DNA from: an uncultured Gemmatimonadaceae bacterium
GTDB lineage: Bacteria; Gemmatimonadota; Gemmatimonadetes; Gemmatimonadales; Gemmatimonadaceae
Reading direction: 5' to 3'
DNA: 64,000 nt
Assembly: GCA_963781585.1 (NCBI GenBank)
Contig: CAWAGQ010000016.1
Location: 21,708-85,707, forward strand
A program made the translations under genes and the position numbers. The notes under the pieces were generated by a model. It was not told the origin of the DNA and made no database searches. It worked only from the letters and a program-made list of their open reading frames with translations. The stretch's first letter is position 1. Every line of letters starts with the position of its first letter. Shown here piece after piece: positions 57,200 through 64,000 of the stretch.

Positions 57200-58186
57200 A
57201 TGGCGCGTGCGATGGTGCTCGACACGCCGGGGACGCGTTTGCGCGTGGCCGAGGTTGCCGTCCCGGAGCCTGGCGAGGGTGACGCGAGGATACGAGTACA
57301 CGCATGCGCGGTGTGTCGGACGGATCTGCACGTGGTGGATGGAGAGCTTCCGGGTCCCAAGCTGCCTTTAGTGCCGGGGCACGAGATCGTCGGCACCGTG
57401 GAGGCGGTGGGACCCTCTGTCACCGGGCTGCGAGTGGGAGCCCGGGTGGGGGTACCCTGGCTCGGGTGGACGTGCGGCGTGTGCGAGTGGTGCACCACCG
57501 GTCGCGAGAATCTGTGTCCCGACGCGCGATTCACCGGCTATCAGATCGACGGCGGCTATGCCGAGTACACGGTCGCCGACGCGCGCTTCTGCTTAACGCT
57601 TCCGGCCGGGCATGGCGACGCGGAGGTGGCACCATTCCTCTGCGCGGGGCTGATCGGATACCGGGCGTACCGGATGACGGGAGATGGAGCGGCGCTCGGA
57701 CTCTACGGATTCGGCGCCGCCGCGCATCTCGTGGTGCAGGTGGCGGTAGCCGAGGGGCGTCGCGTGTATGCCTTCACGCGCCGCGGTGACGAGGCCGCAC
57801 AACAGTTCGCGCGCTCGCTGGGCGCCGTCTGGGCCGGTGGCTCGGACGAACGGCCGCCGGAGTCGCTTCACGGCGCGATCATCTTTGCGCCGGTGGGGGC
57901 GCTGGTACCGGCGGCGTTGCGGGCCACGCGACCGGCAGGCGTGGTGGTCTGTGCCGGGATACATATGAGCGACATTCCGGCTTTTCCCTACGAGATTCTG
58001 TGGGAGGAGCGGGTGGTGCGGTCGGTGGCCAACCTCACGCGACGCGACGGCGTCGATTTCATGGCGCTGGTCGATCGGCTCCGCCTGCACGCCGACGTCG
58101 TGGAGTATCCGCTCGAATCTGCGAACACGGCGCTGGACGATCTCCGGGGCGGTCGGATTCGCGGCGCGGCCGTGCTCCGGCCATAG
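57200..58186 (+). CDS. Zinc-dependent alcohol dehydrogenase (AdhP-like)
   Basis: CRTDLH, PGHEIVG, CGVCEWC..ENLC, CAGLIGYR, YGFGAAA. Confidence 0.92.
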   Translation: MARAMVLDTPGTRLRVAEVAVPEPGEGDARIRVHACAVCRTDLHVVDGELPGPKLPLVPGHEIVGTVEAVGPSVTGLRVGARVGVPWLGWTCGVCEWCTTGRENLCPDARFTGYQIDGGYAEYTVADARFCLTLPAGHGDAEVAPFLCAGLIGYRAYRMTGDGAALGLYGFGAAAHLVVQVAVAEGRRVYAFTRRGDEAAQQFARSLGAVWAGGSDERPPESLHGAIIFAPVGALVPAALRATRPAGVVVCAGIHMSDIPAFPYEILWEERVVRSVANLTRRDGVDFMALVDRLRLHADVVEYPLESANTALDDLRGGRIRGAAVLRP

Positions 58187-58295
58187 CAGCCGCGCCGCGT
58201 TGCGCGCCGGCGGTGCGCGTTAGGTGCCGCGTGTCGCTGCGGCCGGGCGGGCGCCTCTTGCCCGGGACCGTGATCGGTCGTTCCATTACCAGTCC

Positions 58296-59555
58296 ATGAT
58301 GGCATCGTCTTCCGCCGCGGCGGGCCCCCTCCCGCCCACCGATGCCGGTCCTGCCACCGGCCTGGCGGCCACGAGCGACTCCACCGCCCCGGAACTCCGG
58401 CCGCCTAACGAGCTGCCGGCTCTCATGCTTGGCGGCGGCGGAGCACGAGGCGCCTACCAGGCTGGCGTGCTGCGCGGCATCGCCCGCCGATTCCCCGAAG
58501 CCCGGTTCCCGATCCTCACCGGAATCTCGGCCGGCGCGGTCAACACGATTCATCTCGCCGCCCACCCGGGTCCGCTCGCCCGCGCCGCCGACGACCTGGT
58601 CGGCCTCTGGCTCACGCTCTCGCCCGACCAGGTGTACGACGTGCACGTACGGCCCCTGGTGCGGAACATGATCGCCTGGGGCGGCCGTCTGGTGTCTGGC
58701 GGCATGCGCAATCACAACCCGATGCGCGGTATGATGGAGACCCAGCCGCTGCGCGAATTCCTCGGGCGCGTCATTGAACAATCGCCCGATGGTACGATCC
58801 CGGGAATCGGGCGCAACATCAATCGCGGACTGTTGCACGCCGTGGCCCTGTCGGCCACCAGCTACACCACTGGACAGTCCGTGACCTGGGTCGAAGGAAA
58901 GGACGTCATGCTCTGGCAACGCCCACAACGCCGCAGCGAGTTCGCGCGCCTTACCGTGGAACACGTCATGGCGTCGAGCGCGCTGCCAATGCTCTTCCCC
59001 GCCGTCAAGATCGGGGCGGAGTGGTACGGCGACGGCGGGGTGCGACTCACCTCACCACTGTCGCCTGCCCTGCACCTCGGCGCCACGCGAATCCTCACCG
59101 TGTCAACTCGCTACCAGCGTACCCGGGCGGAGGCTGATCGCCCCCTGACGGACGGTTATCCGCCCCCGGCACAGGTATTGAGCGTGTTATACAATGCCAT
59201 CTTCCTCGACCTGATCGACGAGGACATTCTCCGACTTCAGAAAGTGAACAGGCTGCTCGCCGACCTGCCGCCCGGGGAACGCGAGGGGATGCGGGTGGTG
59301 GACATTCTCGTCATGCGTCCGTCGCGCGATCTGGGCAAGCTGGCACGGGAGTTCGAGCCGCGATTGCCACGGTTCTTCCGCTACCTCACGCGCGGGCTGG
59401 GAACGCAGAAGACGGCGAGCCCGGATATTCTGAGCCTCGTTCTGTTCCAGGCCGACTACCTGCGGCGCCTCGTGGAGCTGGGAGAATCAGACGCGGACGC
59501 ACAGGCCGGCAGAGTGGAGGATTTCCTCGTCCGGAGGACAGGCTCGACCTCCTGA
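58296..59555 (+). CDS. Patatin-like phospholipase
   Basis: GGGARG oxyanion motif, GISAG nucleophile, ASSALP, DGG. Confidence 0.9.
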   Translation: MMASSSAAAGPLPPTDAGPATGLAATSDSTAPELRPPNELPALMLGGGGARGAYQAGVLRGIARRFPEARFPILTGISAGAVNTIHLAAHPGPLARAADDLVGLWLTLSPDQVYDVHVRPLVRNMIAWGGRLVSGGMRNHNPMRGMMETQPLREFLGRVIEQSPDGTIPGIGRNINRGLLHAVALSATSYTTGQSVTWVEGKDVMLWQRPQRRSEFARLTVEHVMASSALPMLFPAVKIGAEWYGDGGVRLTSPLSPALHLGATRILTVSTRYQRTRAEADRPLTDGYPPPAQVLSVLYNAIFLDLIDEDILRLQKVNRLLADLPPGEREGMRVVDILVMRPSRDLGKLAREFEPRLPRFFRYLTRGLGTQKTASPDILSLVLFQADYLRRLVELGESDADAQAGRVEDFLVRRTGSTS

Positions 59556-60063
59556 GCGCACTTGTCTTACCCGGTCGGCAAGCTCTGCCGTAGCGATTCT
59601 GCCACGAGTCGTGCATTTGACGTCGGCGTCACGCGCCGTGCCAAGCCGGGTCGGTCAGGTCGCTGGAAGCCAGGAGCGCGACCTGGATGCAACAGCGCAA
59701 GTGTTTATTTCACAATGGAATGCGCCGTGGCTGATCGGGTTGTGTCGGCCCGCTGGCGGGCAGACTCTGCTGTGACGGCACAGAGGGTGCGAGTGTGACG
59801 CCCAGCACGCCGGCCCGGCTTAAGCATGCGGTGGCCCGCCCGCTCTCCGCATTGCGCCGGAGCAATCTGGGGCCGGGTTCGGCGGGCACAACTTGTGTGT
59901 CTGGTGCGACCCCCTTCCGCGCCAGGCGTGAACGGGCCGGGTGCAGATTTGCATCCGGCTCGTTCTTTTTGTGGACGCACCCGGGTGCGCCGCGTGCATT
60001 GGCGCGTCATATGTGCAAGTGGGTCCGCACCCACCGTCCGCCCTTCCACCGACTCACCGACCC

Positions 60064-60573
60064 ATGACACTTCCCCGACGGCCGCTGGACCCGGAGGAAG
60101 CGCTCGCCGCACCGATGTACGCAGTGGCCTTCCTGCTGGTCGCGTTTCCCCTGGTCGACTTCCTTCAGAGCATTCGTGGATTCCAGCCCGGCATCCTGCA
60201 GTGGCGCTTCGCCACCGTCGGGCTGCTTTCGGGCGTTCTTCTGACCCCGATCCTCGGGGTCGTCGTGGCGATGGTTGTGGCCGCGATTCGCGGCCATGCG
60301 CTGGTGCAGCGGTTGCTGGCGATACTGAATCTGCTGGCGGCCGTGGTGTTGCTGGTGTTGTTGATAGGGTTCGTGCTGGACGTGTTGCAGTTACGGAGCA
60401 TCGTTCCCGAGGCGGGGAGAGCGGAGTTTCGGAGCGCGTCGATGCGAGCCGTGGTCAAGCACCTCGCCGCCTCGCTTGTGCTATTCTTTCTGGGTTGGCG
60501 GGGCTGGCGGGTTTCCGGTTGGACGCTCGTGAGTCGGGAAGGACAGAATCCGGTGCGTATCGTCGCGACCTGA
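60064..60573 (+). CDS. Hypothetical four-TM membrane protein
   Basis: Four hydrophobic helices, WRFATVGLL. Confidence 0.7.
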   Translation: MTLPRRPLDPEEALAAPMYAVAFLLVAFPLVDFLQSIRGFQPGILQWRFATVGLLSGVLLTPILGVVVAMVVAAIRGHALVQRLLAILNLLAAVVLLVLLIGFVLDVLQLRSIVPEAGRAEFRSASMRAVVKHLAASLVLFFLGWRGWRVSGWTLVSREGQNPVRIVAT

Positions 60574-60711
60574 GGCCGCAGTCCGTTCGCCCCGCGTTTG
60601 TCGCGGCCGATCACGAGTCGTCCTGTCACGCCTTGATGCCCACCGGATTCAGCACGATACTGCAGTGGTGGCATGGCGCGGAAAGCGCCCGTGCCGCAGG
60701 GATCGGTCATC

Positions 60712-61443
60712 ATGTTTCGTCGCCTCATCGAGCTTCATTCGCGGTCGGCGGCGGCTAGAGCGTCGGCCCAGGGATATGCGGTAAGCCTGGTGGCGCATCT
60801 TGCCGTACTGGGGAGCGCGTTGCTGGGCGGACGGGGAACGCACGTTCAGTCGCCGCTGGACGAATCGTTTGCGCCGGTCCAGTACCTCATCCCGAAGGAG
60901 CGGATCGAGGAGTCTCGTCCTCAGCGCGAGCAGATCACCTGGATGTCGGTGGACACGAAACTTGCGCCCGGCTTCGAGCCGGCGAAGGACGCGCCGAAAG
61001 ATCCAGATCGCCTGAAGATCGTGGTCGCGAAAGGGGAGCAGGATGATGTCGAGCGCGGCGAGGCCGCACCGGCGCCCCAGCCACCCATTGCGTTAGGCGA
61101 CTCGATCATGACCGAGCTGGAAGTCGACAGCGCCGTGACACGATACGAGGACAGTGCGGCGCCCCCCTATCCGGAGGCGTTGCTTCGCAAGCACATCGAA
61201 GGGTTGGTGCTCGTGCAGTACGTGGTGGACACCCTTGGGCACGCCGACACGTCCACATTCCGGGTGCTTTCGGCTACCCACCCCGAATTCGCCAGGTCGG
61301 TGCGAACCACGCTGCCCCTGATGCGCTTCCGTCCTGCGGTCATGGCGAACCGGCACGTTCCGCAGTTGGTGCAACAGCCGTTCGTGTTCAAGATCCTCGA
61401 CACGGTCCGCGTGGCCCGCGACGCGGGGAAGCCGCCGCTGTAG
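60712..61443 (+). CDS. Energy transducer TonB family protein
   Basis: N-terminal TM SLVAH; C-terminal PYPE..IEG.VLVQYVVDTLG..FRPA..VPQLVQQPF. Confidence 0.82.
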   Translation: MFRRLIELHSRSAAARASAQGYAVSLVAHLAVLGSALLGGRGTHVQSPLDESFAPVQYLIPKERIEESRPQREQITWMSVDTKLAPGFEPAKDAPKDPDRLKIVVAKGEQDDVERGEAAPAPQPPIALGDSIMTELEVDSAVTRYEDSAAPPYPEALLRKHIEGLVLVQYVVDTLGHADTSTFRVLSATHPEFARSVRTTLPLMRFRPAVMANRHVPQLVQQPFVFKILDTVRVARDAGKPPL

Positions 61444-61486
61444 GCCACAATACCACGACTGTCGCGGGCGTCGGCGAGGACGTCCG

Positions 61487-62644
61487 TCAGCGGTTGCCCA
61501 GCGTGACGACATCCCAGTACGACGACCACTCTCCGTGCCGGAGGCGGTCCGCGAAGTCGTCGACGGTCTGCACGAGTTGCGTACTAATGTGGCCCTGCTG
61601 ATTCATCGGATGACGGTGGCCATATCCGCCCCCGAAGACACTCCGGATGATAACGGAACGACCGGTGCGCGGAAACCGGCTGACGCTCTCGGCGAACGCA
61701 TCGAAGCCACCATCGCGCCACAGGTACATCTCCACGTTCGAGACGTAGAGCGCAGCGAGGACCTCGCCTCGGGCCGCGATATCCCGACCGACCGACGGGA
61801 AGGCGACGCTGCCGCCCAGGTTGCCGACGACCGGGATGATCCGGTTCCGGGCTTCCAGGTCCTGAACGAACCGCCATCGCTCGGCCGAGGCGAGGTAGCT
61901 GGCCTGCCGGTTGTCCAGATCGTGTTCGAGGATGAGCTGACGCAGGGTGGGATAGTACGATCGCGGCGAGCGATTGGAACTCGTGAAGCGGATTTCGAGT
62001 CCCCCAGCCACGAATTCCTCGTGGAAACGGCGGATAGTCGCAGAGTCCTGCTGGGTCAGCGGAACGCCATACCGGCGGATGGTTGCGAGAATGCGGTCGA
62101 CTTCGGCCTTCGCGCCGGCTTCGCTGGGCGCGAGCTGATCCACCTCGTCCAGGATGGCTTCAATCGGATGATCGTCCCAAGCCGCCACGTCGTCCGGGAC
62201 CGGGCGTCCCAGCCAGCGACACAGGAATTCCAGGCGATTCCGTGACCGCTCGAAGAGCGCCTTGAACATCAGGTGCATGAGCAGATTGTCGCGCCGGATG
62301 TCGATCAGGAAGGCAACTGAAGGTCGGATCGCGGCGATGTAGGAGAAGTTCTGATCCGGACCGACGCCGACGTATGCGCCGCCGGTCACGCCGAGGCTTC
62401 GAAGGGTCGAGATCGCATGGAGATACGACGTCTCGTTCGAAATCAGATTGTCGGAGTCGAAGAACCCCGGGGCCTCGGACAGACGCGCGATCGTGCCCGC
62501 GAATGACGTGTCGACCGGCGCGCGTGCGGCCTGCGCCGCCCGGGTCGCGAGACCGCGCGTGAGTCCGGCGGTCGAAATCGCCAGCAGCACGAGGGCGACC
62601 GTGCTTCGTCGCACCGTGCCTAACGTCCAGCGTCTGTGCCCCAT
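61487..62644 (-). CDS. Conserved hypothetical exported protein
   Basis: GAGG RBS; signal-like N-terminus; DNLISNE, YVGVGPDQNFSYIA, DIRRDN, YVSNVE. Confidence 0.75.
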   Translation of the reverse strand: MGHRRWTLGTVRRSTVALVLLAISTAGLTRGLATRAAQAARAPVDTSFAGTIARLSEAPGFFDSDNLISNETSYLHAISTLRSLGVTGGAYVGVGPDQNFSYIAAIRPSVAFLIDIRRDNLLMHLMFKALFERSRNRLEFLCRWLGRPVPDDVAAWDDHPIEAILDEVDQLAPSEAGAKAEVDRILATIRRYGVPLTQQDSATIRRFHEEFVAGGLEIRFTSSNRSPRSYYPTLRQLILEHDLDNRQASYLASAERWRFVQDLEARNRIIPVVGNLGGSVAFPSVGRDIAARGEVLAALYVSNVEMYLWRDGGFDAFAESVSRFPRTGRSVIIRSVFGGGYGHRHPMNQQGHISTQLVQTVDDFADRLRHGEWSSYWDVVTLGNR

Positions 62645-62767
62645 CGTCCGTTCCTCGGCTCTGCCCCGCCGCGTGTCCTCGTTGGCACCGCACCAGCACC
62701 CTATCCCGCGGACGTCCGGGCGGCAAGGCGCACGGGTGCGGCAGCGCGCGGTGTGCTGGAGAACAAT

Positions 62768-62857
62768 CGCGTGGCGCCGTAGTTTTCGCCCGACAGCCGC
62801 GTGGCGCCGTAGGTTTCGCCCGCCAGCCGCGTGGCGCCGTAGCTTTCGACCCCTAGC
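62768..62857. repeat. 3 x 30-bp tandem repeat upstream of thyX
   Basis: CGCGTGGCGCCGTAG-NTTTCG..AGC units at 62768, 62798, 62828. Confidence 0.9.
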
Positions 62858-62888
62858 CACAACCCCCGTCTTTCCTGCACTCGAGCGC

Positions 62889-63638
62889 ATGTATTTCTAC
62901 GCCCCACGCGTGAGCGTCATCGCCCGTCCGGCGTTTTCGCCGCCGGAACACCTGCCGGTGCAGTGGATTGGCGACAGCACCGACGGTGAACGGTTGGCGG
63001 AGTTCGCCGGTCGCTTGTGCTACATGAGTCAGAAGAACCCCGCCCATCGCTCAACCGCCGAGTATCTCGAGAACATCAAGAAGCAGGCGCACGGCAGCGT
63101 GCTCGAGCACGCGACCTATTCCCTGCTCATCGAGGGCGTGAGCCGTTCCCTGACCCACGAGCTGGTGCGCCACCGCGCCGGCTTCGCCTATTCCCAGTTG
63201 AGTCAGCGTTACGTGGATGAATCGGCGGCGGATTTCGTGGTGCCCCCGGCGATCATCGGCGACCCGCCACTCGAAGACGCGTGGCGGGCTCAGATGGAGG
63301 ACGCCCAGCGGTGCTATGTCGCGCTGGTGGAGCGTCTGATGGAGCGCTACGCCTGGATCACCGACAAGGTGCACCGGCGGAAGATGGCCCGCGAGGCGGC
63401 TCGCGGCGTCCTGCCGAATTCCACCGAGACCAAGATCGTGGCCACCGCCAACGTGCGGGCCTGGCGCTCGACGCTCGAGCTGCGTGGGAGCGAAGGCGCC
63501 GAGGTCGAAATCCGGCGCCTGGCGGTCGAGATTCTGCGCGTGATGCAGCGCGAAGGCCCCGCGTTCTTCTCCGACTTCGACATCTACGTGGCGGAAGACT
63601 CCCGCGAAGCGGCTCGATCGACGTATCACAAAGTCTAG
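62889..63638 (+). CDS. thyX: FAD-dependent thymidylate synthase
   Basis: AGRLCY, HGSVLEH, THELVRHRAGFAYSQLSQRY ThyX motif, EAARGVLP, EIR. Confidence 0.95.
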   Translation: MYFYAPRVSVIARPAFSPPEHLPVQWIGDSTDGERLAEFAGRLCYMSQKNPAHRSTAEYLENIKKQAHGSVLEHATYSLLIEGVSRSLTHELVRHRAGFAYSQLSQRYVDESAADFVVPPAIIGDPPLEDAWRAQMEDAQRCYVALVERLMERYAWITDKVHRRKMAREAARGVLPNSTETKIVATANVRAWRSTLELRGSEGAEVEIRRLAVEILRVMQREGPAFFSDFDIYVAEDSREAARSTYHKV

Positions 63639-64000
63639 CGCTGTCCGGCGCGTCACGGTGGGGCGCGGTTCCCTTGCACCGTCCCGCGGGACATCATAGG
63701 CTAGAGTCGTGCGTTCGGTCTGGCCAGGTCTTTGGCTGGGGTTTCCGTTTCATCGCCGAGAAGGTCGCCACGCGAGGTCGCTATCCATGTTCCCGAGTCG
63801 TTTTCTGCGTCCGATTCACCCCTCACGACATCTGGCTGGATCAGTTGTCCTCTTCGCGCTTGCCATCGGCTGTGCCAGCGGTGGCGGGGCCCCTGCCACC
63901 AGCGCGAGTGCTGCGGCGAAGCCGGCCAGTCGGAGCCAGAACGTCATTACACATGAAGAACTTGCCAGCCAGGCCGCGGGATTGAACGCGTATGACGCCA

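Larger units (their letters stand above)
848..62625. repeat. Dispersed iterated heptamer CGTTAGG/CCTAACG (at least 26 copies)
   Basis: Counted by eye on both strands; positions listed in findings. Confidence 0.8.

Noticed and set aside
59556..60063. ncRNA or sigma54 promoter in the 500-bp gap
   Set aside because: Only partial GG-N10-GC matches and no recognisable RNA family; not supportable
848..62625. Telomeric (TTAGG/TTAGGC) repeats or eukaryotic contamination
   Set aside because: Copies are single, dispersed and embedded in intact bacterial reading frames, never tandem
62768..62857. Possible mini-CRISPR array
   Set aside because: Conserved part is only 15 bp, the intervening 15-mers resemble each other rather than being unique spacers, and there are no cas genes
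63639..64000. CDS at the window end
   Set aside because: Only short ORFs without recognisable features; may be the leader of a gene beyond the window

Overview
GC-rich bacterial chromosomal segment. Gene content and style suggest Gemmatimonadota (inference, not tested). It is densely coding, with about 58 CDS, and I found no rRNA, tRNA, CRISPR array or mobile element. Main blocks: maltokinase C-terminus; Rieske-flavoprotein fusion; ergothioneine cluster egtB-egtD-egtA with a betaine/ergothioneine-type ABC importer; cNMP-domain aspartase; caa3-type cytochrome c oxidase operon; dacB; PLP dehydratase plus REC-GAF-GGDEF cyclase; gyrA; Tat aminotransferase/mmsA/beta-alanine transaminase; sucB, lpdA and a serB-aminotransferase-serA cluster; HmuY/TonB heme-uptake locus behind a two-component system; ECF sigma factor; argE-WYL-like-RNase H-zinc-ribbon operon; patatin; TonB; thyX. 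The most unusual signals are (1) a dispersed non-palindromic heptamer CGTTAGG/CCTAACG seen at least 26 times, often forcing rare codons, (2) an RNase HI with a rewired active site coupled to a stand-alone WYL-like microprotein, (3) the cNMP-aspartase fusion, and (4) the egt operon lacking egtC/egtE but carrying an importer. All functional calls come from motif recognition by eye, with no database searches.
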